Shown in pieces: positions 39,871-52,520 of a DNA stretch of 64,000 bases. Every line of letters begins with the position of its first letter. Position 1 is the first letter of the stretch. This stretch comes from Proteromonas lacertae (lineage: Eukaryota), in NCBI GenBank assembly GCA_002245135.1, contig NGBS01000584.1, positions 1 to 64,000 of the forward strand, read 5' to 3'. The notes beneath the pieces were generated by a model. That model did not search any database. It saw only the letters and a program-made list of their open reading frames with translations, and was not told where the DNA came from. The translations under genes were made by a program, and so were the position numbers.

Positions 39871-42125
39871 ATGCTTGGATTAAGATCTTCCTTGAAAAGT
39901 TCATTCAGATGTGCAACTTATGCACGTTGTATGTCAAATTGGGATCCAAAATGGGCTAAATTAGCCACAAAGGAACTTAAAGGTGCTGACATTGGTATAT
40001 TTTAAAAATTCTGATTTTTTTAGACAAAACATTATGTTTCTTAAACCCAGAAGGTATTGAAATTAAACCAGTATTTACCAAGGATGATTTACCAAATGAT
40101 TTAGCACAATACCCAGGTATTTTCCCAAATACTCGTGGACCATACGCTACTATGTATACAAAACGTCCATGGACTGTTAGACAATATGCTGGTTTCAGTA
40201 CTGCTGAAGCATCTAATGCATTTTATAAAAAGAACATTGCTGCTGGTCAACAAGGTTTATCAGTTGCTTTTGATTTAGCCACCCATAGAGGTTATGATAG
40301 TGATCATCCTCGTGTCGTAGGTGATGTAGGTATGGCTGGTGTTGCTATTGATTCAGTTGAAGATATGAAGATCTTATTCGGTGGTATTCCATTAGATAAG
40401 ATGTCTGTATCTATGACAATGAACGGTGCTGTATTACCAATCTTAGGTAGTTACGTCATTGCCGCTGAAGAAACTGGTGTAAAGCAAAATCAATTAGCTG
40501 GTACAATTCAAAATGATATTCTTAAAGAATTTATGGTTAGAAACACATTTATCTATCCACCACATGAATCACTTAGAATTATTCAAGATATTATGGGTTA
40601 CACATCAGTACATATGCCAAAATTCAACTCAATATCAATCTCTGGTTATCACATGCAAGAAGCTGGTGCAAATGCTGTATTAGAATTAGCTTTCACAATT
40701 GCTGATGGTATTGAATACATCAAAACCGCTGAAGCAGCTGGTGTTGATTGTGATGCCGTCTGTCCACGTTTATCATTCTTCTTTGGTATTGGTATGAATT
40801 TCTACACCGAAGTTGCTAAATTAAGAGCAGCTAGAAAATTATGGGCAACTAGAATCCAAAATACATTCCATCCAAAGAAACCAAAGAGTTTATTATTAAG
40901 AACTCACTGTCAAACATCTGGTTATTCATTAACAGAACAAGATCCTTATAATAACATTGTAAGAACAGCAATTGAAGCCTTAGCTGCTACAATGGGTGGA
41001 ACTCAATCATTACATACTAATGCCTTCGATGAAGCCTTAGGTTTACCAACTGAATTCTCTGCAAGAATTGCTAGAAATACTCAATTAGTTATTCAAGAAG
41101 AAACTGGTATGACCAAATCTGCTGATCCATTTGGAGGATCTTATTTAATTGAATATTTAACAGATCAATTATATAAGAAAGCTGATGAATTAATTGATGA
41201 AGTTGAGAAATTAGGAGGAATGACTAAAGCTATTGCCTCTGGTATGCCAAAATTACGTATTGAAGCATCTGCTGCTAAGAAACAAGCTAGAATTGATACA
41301 GGTAAAGATGTAATTGTTGGTGTAAATAAATATAAATTAGCTAAAGAAGCTCCAGTTGATGTATTAGAAGTAGATAACACAGCTGTGAGAGATGGACAAA
41401 TCAAGAGATTGAATCACATCAAGAAGACAAGAGATGCTGATAAAGCAAGATTAGCATTAGAAGCTTTAGTGAACAGTGCTAAATTAAAGGTACCAACTGG
41501 TAAAGGAACAGATCCAAATAACTTAATGAAATTATCAATTGATGCATCCAGAGCAAGATGTACATTAGGTGAAATATCCTATGCTTTAGAATCAGTATGG
41601 GGAAGACATAATCCATCTCAAGAATTAGTATCTGGTGCTTATCAATCAGAATTCGAAGCTGATGATAAAAAGAATGAATTCCAAACAGTAAAAGATAAAG
41701 TAGAAGCCTTTGCTAAGAGAACTGGCAGAAGACCAAGAGTTATGGTTGCTAAGATGGGTCAAGATGGACATGATAGAGGTGCTAAAGTAGTTGCCACTGG
41801 TTTAGCTGATTTAGGTTTTGATGTAGAAGTTGGTCCATTATTCCAAACACCAGAAGAAGCTGCTAGAATGGCTATTGATGGTGATGTTCATGCAGTTGGT
41901 GCTTCATCATTAGCTGCTGGTCATAAGACATTAGTACCACAATTAGTAAAAGAATTAAAGAAACAAGGAGGTGAAAATATTGTTGTATTTGCTGGAGGTG
42001 TTATTCCACCAAAGGATTATGATTTCTTAACAGAAAGAGGTTGTCAAGCTATTTTTGGACCAGGTACTCGTATCCCAACCTGTGCTTCAAAGATTATGGA
42101 TATTCTTAATGAAAAATTCAAGTAA
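39871..42125 (+). CDS. MUT: Methylmalonyl-CoA mutase with N-terminal mitochondrial-type presequence
   Basis: [22 protein letters not shown] presequence; intron 39995-40023; [41 protein letters not shown] and the B12-binding QDGHDRGAK. Confidence 0.97.
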
Positions 42126-42209
42126 ATAAAAAATTATTTTCTATGTTGATAGTTTCTGTTGTTTTTTGGAAGTAATTTTAAACATTATAATATTATTAAA
42201 AAAGAATAT

Positions 42210-44402
42210 TTAATTAAAATATCTCAACTTCAAAAACATTTCATCAAATAATTTCAACACTTTCCTTATTGAATCAAAATCTATTCCTTCATTTTTATAA
42301 TTTTCTGATTCTTCAAACAACATTTTCTTTAATTTTGAGCTAGAATCATCATCAATACTATTAAAACATCTAATCATATCATTTTCAATTAGAAAAACTT
42401 CCATCTTTAATAACAATAGTATAGAATTTGTTTCAACTGTAAGTATATTGGTTTTATCATTGATTTTTAATGTGAGTGTATTTCCATTTACATCTTCTAT
42501 GAATTTAAATAAACAATACCAATATACTCAGATATATATCATTATTCACTTTATTTTCATTCCATATACAATGAATCTTACTTTTTAATAGCAATTGAAG
42601 TTCATTTACATCTTTTATATTGTATCTTATTATCTCACTTACTTTTAATTCATTCTGAATTTTATCTAGTACAACTTTGCTATATTCACAATGAAGTGAT
42701 GATTGAGTTAAAGGTATATATGTGGGATATAATAAGTCAAAGAAACAAATCACATTTTCATATATTAAGCACTTCATAATATCTATAAAAAAATAGAACA
42801 TAGATAACTCATACTCATATTATTATTAACACTTAAAATCAAATATACAAAATAATTCATTTCATCTTTACCATCATAGTTATACAAATTAACACATAAA
42901 TACAATTTATTACTATTATTATTGTCTTCAGGTATTAAAACATTAATATTACTTTCATCTCCTTTATAATGGCTTTTTATCAATAACTTGAAGTTATGAT
43001 CGAATTTGAATGAACTTTTATTTTCTATTACTAATTTTAGTTTATAATAATTGGTAGGATAAGAACAAGCTTCAATAAAACTGTTACATACTATCAATTT
43101 CTTTATTACATCTTTATTCTTGATGATATTATAGTCATTTATTATCTCATTGTTATCCTTTGTAAAATCGTCCATTTTCATTTCACATTTTTCCAATTGC
43201 TTTAAATTGTTTAAAATTGTATTAATTATGTGATAAGTATTAATACAATTGCTATTTAAATAAATGAAATTGGGATTGTTTATAATAGATGAAATATCAA
43301 TGTCATATATCCTACCATCATTACAAATTGTATGAATTGTGTTGCTATTAATAACAAATGAATTTACTGGGTAAAATGAAGATTATAATTAAAGAAAATT
43401 TAAAATATTATAAAATAAAACGAAATGATATATTTGGTAGAAATATAGAAATCGGAATAAAATGTGAAGGAAAATCAGTTGATATATAAAAACTATAGAG
43501 AAATAGATATATTTATAAATATACATTGTATTATTTGAGATATAGAATATATATTTTCCATTATAACATTTAATATTATGAATATTACCTACTTCAAATT
43601 CTGTTTTTATTATATCTTTATTCACTATAAACATTTTACCATCCTCTAAGTGAATCATATAATCGCTTTCATTTATTATATTTATTGAAGTAATTAATGA
43701 ACTAAATGACATTATTTCATTTAAATAATTTTTAGATACATAATAGCTGAACATACAACCAAATTTATCAATTAATATGTATTCATTTTCATTTAATTTT
43801 ACTATATCAACAACATTATTTATTTCTATTAAATAATCATATTTTGTTGTTATATTACCATAAAACTCTATTTTATCATTATAAACTATTATTATAAAAG
43901 GATTTAGGTATTTTATGTGTATGCAGTTTTTAAATTGTATTATAGGCTTAAGTGGGATTGAAATTGGAGGATTAATATCTAAACAACTTAATGATGACTT
44001 TATTGTATCTATTAGAATTATATTTGCACTATTTGTCGTTTTCTGACGTTTAAATGCTTGTTTATTATCCTCTTTTGTTGAAATTAAGGAATCTATGCTT
44101 TGGATAATATATATTGATCCATCTCTTAATATAACATATATTATTGGTTTACTTATATAAACAGATTGTATAGGCGAAGGAAATAAGAAGGATTTCTATT
44201 CATAAATAGAAAAGAAGCATACAATTACATTATTATAATAAACGAAAATTAATGGTGATTTATAATAAAATAAATATATAGGATTCAATGCAGCATCACT
44301 CTCAAACTAAATACCTATAAACTATAATTATACTATCTCCATTTTGTATTTACAAATGATTTTCGGTAGCTTAATTGGATTTATGCTGTAATATTCCATC
44401 AT
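42210..44402 (-). CDS. Hypothetical multi-exon protein
   Basis: Chain of minus-strand open segments separated by GT-AG intron-like gaps; promoter-like motif upstream at 44436. No family recognised and boundaries are approximate. Confidence 0.45.
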
Positions 44403-44579
44403 GCTCTGTATAATATGAAGTTAAATGAATTTCAATTCTCAAGCAAGCTTGACAAATTAAAATGAAAACATTCAAATTACTCTGCGACTATACATGTTTA
44501 TATTATCTTCATTATAAATTTTGTTTTAAATACATTCATTATACAATACATAACAACAGAAAATGAAAAAAAATAACCA

Positions 44580-45730
44580 TTATCTACGTTTTTCTCTTCC
44601 ACGTGGAGGTGATCTACTTCTACTTCTACTGCGAGCAGTATATCTATCAAAAGGTAATATTAAATTCCTTTTAGTACTACCAACTTTATCAGCATAATTC
44701 TTACCTTCAGCTATAACTCCTTTTCTTTCTTCTTCTTTAATACGTTTCAATATATCCACATCTTCATCATATTCACTACTGTCACTATTATTATTCTCAC
44801 TGTCACTATATCTAATACGATCTCTCGATTTACCATCATAATCATTATCATCATCATGCTCATCATTATCATTTAATAGTTTAATCATATAAATAGATCT
44901 ATATTCCTCGTTATTATACTCATCATAACATATCTTATAAGTATTGGATATTTCTCTAACTCCAACTACAGTACCACTATACCATTCACAATCCATTGAA
45001 TAAAATGATTTTACTTTTGTTCCTATTTCTATTTTATCTTTCCATTTTTCATTATTTATATTTCTCTTTTTAATCATTTCATGTTTATAAATATTCGCTT
45101 TTATTTCTCTTTCGTATTTTATTGGGATTCGTGGAAGAATTGTATCAAAATATTTGGTATTACACATTACATCTTTTATATAATTACCAATGGTTGTTTT
45201 CTTATTTACATTCCAACTTACACTAATTACTTCTTCATCATCTATATAATGACCAATCCAACTCCATATTTCATCACTTTTACAGCCATATCTCAGATAT
45301 AATATCCCCATTCCTCGTATATATGCATTTCCTCTATATCCTATCATATTGTATATTTCTGTCTCTGTTAAACGGATTAAAAACAGCTTTAGTAAGATAC
45401 AATATGCACTAGATGGTAGACGAGCACATCCTTCTGCCCACGGTTCTAAATGGTGTACTTCTTTTATAATTTCTTTTATCATCTCATCAAAGCTCATTAT
45501 ATTTCTATTTATAATAATTTCATAATATATATATACAGTAGTTTTCTAAAATATTCAGCTCGGTATATAGTAGCAGTTAATAAAGAATTTATATTAAAAT
45601 CTTGCGTAGAGTCGACTTTTATTTCTAATTCGTTAGGTAAGTTACGCCTTTGATGAGATATTGCTATAGCATCGGCAGCTTGAGCTTCAGCATCTTCTTG
45701 CTGCCATTTAGCGATCATACCACGAGACAT
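44580..45730 (-). CDS. PRP38: PRP38-family splicing factor (PRPF38B/SRL1-like) with Tudor domain and RS tail
   Basis: FNINSLL..I..AEYF, VHHLEPW, PSSAYCILLKLF, YIRGMGILYLRY and YFDTILPRIP; Tudor-like IGTKVKSFYSMDCEWYSGTV...YDEYNNEE; SRSRSRSP; intron 45505-45536. Confidence 0.88.
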
Positions 45731-45854
45731 TTTGATTTATATGAAATACAAGTATTTATGTGTATTATTATGTATTTATGTAAGTTTTACAAAATAACCA
45801 GAACATGTAAAAATATAATAATAAAATGTTCTATTTGAGTGAAATATATATTTT

Positions 45855-48800
45855 TTATTTTTTATTATCTATCTTACTCATCATTCTTTCTAATTCATTC
45901 TTCAAATCTTCATCTTCTACACTTACAACATATTTCTTAGCTTCATTCAAATATTTCTTAGCTTCTTCATATTCTTTCTATTTGTATATAAAAAATTACA
46001 TTTTATATTCAATACACAATCAAAATAACATTCACTTATCTTTTCATTACATAAAAACTTTTCATAATCACTTTCAGATAATTCTAATGCTTTATTATAT
46101 TCTAATAATGATTCTTTTCTTTTGTTAAGTCTAAATAAACATTCGCACATACAAATATAATTTCTGAATTTATCTTTATCTGATTCTACATAAGCAAGCG
46201 ATGATTGAATATATACTAATGCTTTTGTATATTCTTCCTAATGTTATAATATATTCATATATTTATACAAGATACAAATAGTATACACCTAAATTGAAAT
46301 AGCATTCACATTTATCTACATTTTTCTTACTACAATCACATGCACATTGTATGTACTTATCTGATTTAACATATTCCTTCTATTTTTATATAGCACTATA
46401 TTCATAGAATTATACAATATGAGCATAACAAATACTCAATTTTAAATTGCATTTCATTTTCTCTTCTGTTAATGTAGTACTTTCTAATGCATATTCATAA
46501 TACTCTATTGATCTCTTAAATTCATTCTATTATTTTAAATATCTTAATTTCTTATACTTTATGATAATAATTATCAGCAATATTTACATTGTGTTGATAT
46601 TTTTCTTCCTCTGTAACTGTATATTCCAAAGCTAAGCTAAAATATTCTTTTGCTCTTTTAAAATCATTCTATCATGATTATACATAACATTTTAATACAT
46701 TATTTGAATAGTTAATACCTATATCATAACACAATTCATATTTTACTAGAGTATTTACAGCATATTCTATTGTAGATCTGTAATATTCATCCGCTTTATC
46801 ATATTCTTTCTATTAAAACATGTTACAAATAATTATACTAGATTAAAGTAATTATCACCAATGTATCTATTGTACAAGTATTTACATTCATCCATGAAAG
46901 CATATTCTAATGCAGATTTATAAAACTCTGTTGATTCTTTCAATTTATTCTATCGATAATACAATAACAATTTATCATACTATTTTAGAATACATCATAG
47001 CAATAAAAAAATTGCATTTAAAGAATTCTTTATCATCAGAAGCATGCAATATTGCTAATTTATAGAATTTAATTGATTCTTCATATTCATCCTATGGTAA
47101 TTTTATAATCATACAATCATACATTCGACGCATAACACTCAGCAATTCTACATTCACAAGCAAATCTTTCATCATTTGTAGATGCATCTTCTAAAGCAGA
47201 TTTATATAATTCAAAAATTGTATTAAAATCACCCTATTATATAATTCAATGTTTAATATTATACAATTACAGATGAATTCTCACCAATACTACCTTTAAA
47301 TATAAATCTTCCTTCATTTGAATATTCATTCTCTATTGCTGATCGTAAAAATCCATCAGATTTCTCTAATTCATTCTATAATATTAATTAATCCGAAATA
47401 ATATACTGTTTTAAAAAGGATTTCTGCTATATTGAATTTGCATAAATATTTTTCTTTGTCTGAAGTAGCATTTTCCAATGCACTTTGAAAATAGTGTATT
47501 GATTCAGATAATTTTCCCTAGAATATCATATATTTACATAACAATACATTTTCGAAATTATATGAAGCTATGTTTTTATTCAAATTGTATTTTTCTTCAT
47601 ACGTAGAACAATACTTTATTGCAGATTTATAATACTCTATTCCCTTTTTAAAGTCATTCTATTGTATAAAATTTCTAACAATTATACAAGTTCAAAACTA
47701 TTATTTGCCATATTAACAAGACAATCATGTTTTTCTTGACTTGTAGAAGCATATTCAAGAGCAGATTTATAGCATTCAATTGATTCTGTCCAGTTCTCCT
47801 ATTATGCAAAGAATATAAACACATAGTTATACCATATTCTTAAAAGAATCTCCCATGTCATAATAGCAGTGATGCTTATCATTATTTGTAGATGCAAATT
47901 CTAATGCAGACTGAAGATATTCTACTGATTCTTCATATTCACCCTATTGTAATTACAACTTCAAAGAATATACCATATATGCATAACAATTATTAATCTC
48001 AAATCTACACATATATTTCTCTTCATTTGTAGAGGCTGATTCTAAAGCAATTTTATAATACTCTATTGCACTTTCATATCCTTCCTAAAATAAAATATAT
48101 GAAGCAGCACATACATGATTATAAAAATAACTTGCTACAGTCATGCTACAACTATTTTTATCTTCATTAGTTGAACAACTTTCTACAGCAGCATGAAAAT
48201 ATCCTTTAGCTTTTTCGATTTCATTCTAAAAAAAATAAATAAGCAGCACTAATACTATAGCTACATAACTAAAAGCTATATTTAAATTAGTTTCACTTTT
48301 CTCTGTGCTTGTAGTTGCACTTTGAATAGCAGAATGAAAATAGTCATTTGCTTTTTCATAGTCATCCTGTTCATTTGGAAATATAATTGATATACCATTT
48401 TTACATAACATTCACCTATATTTTCATAACATTTATATTTTTCCTCATTTGTTGATGAACATTATAATGCTAATAAGCTATATTCTATTGACTTTTCAAA
48501 ATCATCCTAAGAAGTTGATTATTAATTCAATTTATATACATTAATTTTAAAAAATTTTGCAATTGAGATAATTTTATCATATTTTTCTTCATCTGTAGAT
48601 GTATCGCTTAAAACAGAATTTAAAAATTCTTTACATTTATCAGATCCATACTATTATAATAATATTATTCATGATCTTTTACAACTATACCAAATGATAA
48701 TAACAGAAAGCTATAGTCATATTAATATCCAATCTTTCTTCCTTTGTAGAAGCATATTCTATCGCTGATTGAAAATATTCTATAGCTATATCAAATTCTT

Positions 48801-49414
48801 TCTATAATTTTAATAACACCATATATATATATAATATTATACCATATTGCCATAACAATTACCTATTTCTCTATTACTTTCATATTTTTCTTTATTAGAA
48901 GAGGATTTTTCTAATTCACTTTTCAATCTACTTATTTTTCTTTCACTTTTTTCTTTTGTCAGTTTTTCTATATAATTATCATCTTCTATTGATTCTAAAA
49001 AATGAATAATTGATTCAAACATTTTTTCTTCATCAATATTACATTTATCAATTATTTTGTGTAAATCATCAATATATTTTTCTGTACTAGCCTTTAGTTC
49101 TTCTAATTCTTCTTCATCATAGGAAGGAATCTCTTGCCCAATTGAAGGAAATAACATCTGTTGTTATATTTATTATAATTATTAATATATACTGGTATTA
49201 ATTCATCATTCCAATAGGCTTTAAAATCATTACTATTCAAACTACTGACTTCTTTTAATGTTTTACCATTTATTAATCCATTTCCTAAATAATACTCTAA
49301 AATCAAAGAATTGACTTGATATTCTTGATTACTGCTTTCATTTGCTGATACAAGAGTGGAGAGTAGAAGTGGTGTTGAACCATTCACAGTATGAGATGGT
49401 GGAGGATTTGACAT
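45855..49414 (-). CDS. TPR-like solenoid protein with LisH-like N-terminus; 22 exons, one repeat per exon; in-frame TAA in exon 5
   Basis: Exons: 49193-49414, 48843-49157, then 18 exons of exactly 111 nt from 48691-48801 down to 46269-46379, then 46016-46237 (222 nt) and 45855-45977. All introns are GT-AG, phase 0, 29-41 nt. Repeat consensus ~ xEFxxSIEYYxSALEYAST.EEK..C..NIA..Y. Confidence 0.88.
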
Positions 49415-49465
49415 GCTATTTATATTTTTTTTGTCTATTTTAATGCTAAAAATGTAAAGATTGAT

Positions 49466-49487
49466 AATTCTCAAGCTTAAAGGCTTG
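49466..49487. promoter_or_regulatory. Candidate promoter element (AATTC)TCAAGC / GCTTGA, representative copy
   Basis: Recurs in 5' intergenic gaps at 23791, 23799, 29029, 29964, 36884, 39531, 39764, 44436, 49468, 51625, 52491, 55568/55594 and 59590. Confidence 0.6.
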
Positions 49488-49538
49488 TAGAAATAAAATT
49501 GAAACGGATGAAATATTGAAATAAAATTCGTTTTAAAA

Positions 49539-51534
49539 ATGTCTTTATCAAAGAGTGGTAGAAAGAGTGAATTATCTTCAAAATTTGCTAATAACAATGC
49601 AGTATGTTGTATTATTAATGTTTAATAGATCAGTGAAAGAAATTGTTTAAAAGAAACTGAAGAAGTAGTTGAAGATAATGAATACATAAAGAAAATGATA
49701 AAGATTGTGAGAGTGGATGGTTTGAAAGAAAAAAAGATATTGACATTCTTAGAAACAAATTCATATTTGTCAGAGAGTTATAGTAGTTTAATTTACACCT
49801 TTGAAATGGTTGAAATCGGGTATAATGTGATGAAATTGGAAAGAAAATACTATCGGAAAGATTTAGAAGAAGTGATAAATAAAGATTCTTTATCAAATGA
49901 GAATATTTATAAGATGGTAAGTCAAATATGTAAAATTATGATAATATTAAGTGATCATGATGTGATATTGAGTAATTTGAAAAGTAGTAATATAATATAT
50001 GATAATGATGGTGAATTAAAGCTATGTGATTTATTCTTGAATTTATTGAGAAAAGAAGAAGAAAAGAGAGTGTATGATATATGCTTTAAAAGCCCTGAAG
50101 AACTAAATGGTTTAGAATGTAATGAGAGAAGTATAATTTGGTCAATTGGTTGTATATTATATGAAATAATAAACAAGAAATTACCATTTAATGAAGATTA
50201 TAATATGATTAAAACCATGAATAACATAATGAGATGTAAATACAATTTTGATGTAGAATTTGATGAAATAATGAAAGAAATGATAGAAAGAATGTTAAAA
50301 GTGAAGAGTGAAGATAGAATGAGTTTAAAAGAGTTGAGAAAAGAAGTGATAAAAATGAGTGAAATATTAAAAGATGAAAGTAATAATTTAATGATATGTA
50401 AAGAAAGAAAAGAAATATTACTAAATAATGATTATTTAATTTTAATACTTCGAATAATATATCCACCAGAATGTTATCTTAAAATTGATATATTGGAAGA
50501 GATTCGAGATAGGTTGATAGAATGTTACAATAATAATCCAGATGATAGAATATTATCTATATTATTATCAATGGAATTATCAAATAATTCACTACTGTAA
50601 TGAGGGAAAGGAATGTTGTTTAGATAAAATGATATGGAATACAATAATTAATAGGTACGATAAAGAAATAATAGAAATTTATCCGAATTGTTTATGTTTA
50701 TGTGAAGAAGGAATAGATTATTTCTTTAGAATATTAAAATCAATAAATCCCTAAAAACTCTATTTTTGTATATATTTAATCTGTTTTATTTATATAGATA
50801 ATGGATTTTTTATTCCAATTCAAAATCAATCATTATTTGGATCATGCTTCAGTCAATTAACCAATCTTCAAAAATTGGATTTTTCTTTTCATTTTATTGA
50901 ATCATTTGTTAAATCAATTTCGTTAATGAAATTGAAAAAAGTTAGGAGTTGAATGTATATATCATATTTATATTTTAAAATAGATAATCGATGAAAATTA
51001 TGAATTGAATATAAAACATATGAATTTAAATGATGAATCAATGTTACTATTATCAGAAGAATTGTACAAATATCCAAATATAAAGAAAATAAATATTACA
51101 GAAAATAGAAATATTCATTTAATTGGATTAAAAGCTTTATTCTCCAAATTTTCTATTTCAAAAATCTAATTTGACTTTAATAGAAGAAGTAAAGAATTGT
51201 TGATTGATAAAGACATTCCAGAATTAACCAAATACATAAAAGAAAATAGATGGTATGATTATGATGAATTATATGTGAGTAATTTTGAGATTGATGATGA
51301 TTTTTTCAAATCATTCATTTTATTAAGAGCAAATGAATTAAAAGTAATAAAAAGATTATATTTAAATAGTATAATATAATAATTTTGTATTAATTAGATA
51401 ATAAACTAACCTATGAAAGTGTAGAAAAAGTGATTAATAATTTATCTTCTTTTTCAGATCTGAATGTTCAATTGAATGGAAATGAAATAGGAGAAAATTT
51501 AGAATTATCAGAAGAATTCTCTAATGTTGAATAA
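49539..51534 (+). CDS. NEK-like pseudokinase with C-terminal LRR-like region; frame breaks/stops in the 3' half
   Basis: VILSNLKSSNII (no HRD), LCDLFL (no DFG), FKSPEEL, IWSIGCILYE; later LTNLQKLDFS, NELKVIKRLYL and QLNGNEIG LRR-like segments. Several lesions after 50560. Confidence 0.65.
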
Positions 51535-51671
51535 AAAATTATACTTTTATTATTATTATTATACTTTGTATGTATTTTTTGATCCATATCGAATATATAA
51601 CATCAAAATATCAAAATTTAAAAATTCTCAAGCTGAAAAGCTTGTTAATCTATTCTGATTAATATTTCTAT

Positions 51672-52360
51672 ATGATAAGAGAGATCATTCAATCAAAGAC
51701 AACACATGAAAAATTCTGATATAAGAGATGCATATAAAACTGATTTATCTATAATAAAAGAATTACATGTATTATTTACTCATTTTTGTGTTAGGATATC
51801 TTATTTCCAGTAAAATATTCTCAAAATTTTTATGATGATTTATTTAAAGAGAATATAAATAGAAAATGTGTACTTATTTGTGAATCTGAGACAAATAGAG
51901 TATAAAGATGATTTACATGTATTTATGATTAGTGTATAGGAGTATGCATTGGTCAATTTAATAAACCAATGTCCTCATTTTGTGGCATAAGAGTACATAG
52001 AGGAATTGGGTATATAGTGACAATTGGTGTAATTGACGAGTTTAGAAATCAAGGATTAGCATCACAGTTGTTAAAACACATGGAATTTTATTTACAAAGA
52101 GAATATATATGTGATATTATACTCTTACACTCTTCAATTGAAAATGAAAATTCTACTTTCTTTTATATTCATAATAACTATGAAATAATAGAAACTTTGA
52201 TCGGATATTATGTATTACTATTTATGTTTATCGATATACTATATAGAAATGGGATTCTCTACCTCATGATGCTTATTATTGGAGAAAATATTTATCAAAT
52301 TCATTATATTTGGAGGATTTATTTCCTTTAAGTTACTTAATTTCTTATGTATATAAGTAG
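51672..52360 (+). CDS. GNAT N-terminal acetyltransferase, NAA50/NAA60-like
   Basis: LFPVKYSQNFY, YIVTIGVIDEFRNQGLASQLL (acetyl-CoA motif A), LLH...FFY and GYY..HDAY; three introns. Confidence 0.85.
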
Positions 52361-52368
52361 TATATTTT

Positions 52369-52376
52369 TGTTTGTT
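52369..52376 (+). terminator. TGTTTGTT 3'-end/polyadenylation-associated element, representative copy
   Basis: Exact copies downstream of stops at 8833-8840 (-), 29931, 31289, 52369 and 56848; matches the downstream poly(A) motif described for Blastocystis. Confidence 0.6.
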
Positions 52377-52520
52377 TAAGAAAATTAATTACTTTTTCAA
52401 AAGAATGATTTTCATAATTGATTAACCATAATATTTATTACAAAGAGAAATATTTTTATGATATTATTGTTAGTATTTCTCTTTTATTGATCAAGCTGAT
52501 AGTCAAACATTTTTAATGAA

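Noticed and set aside
45855..48850. ~141-nt periodic array as CRISPR, satellite or other non-coding repeat
   Set aside because: There is no conserved nucleotide repeat; the period is fully explained by 111-nt coding exons plus ~30-nt introns.
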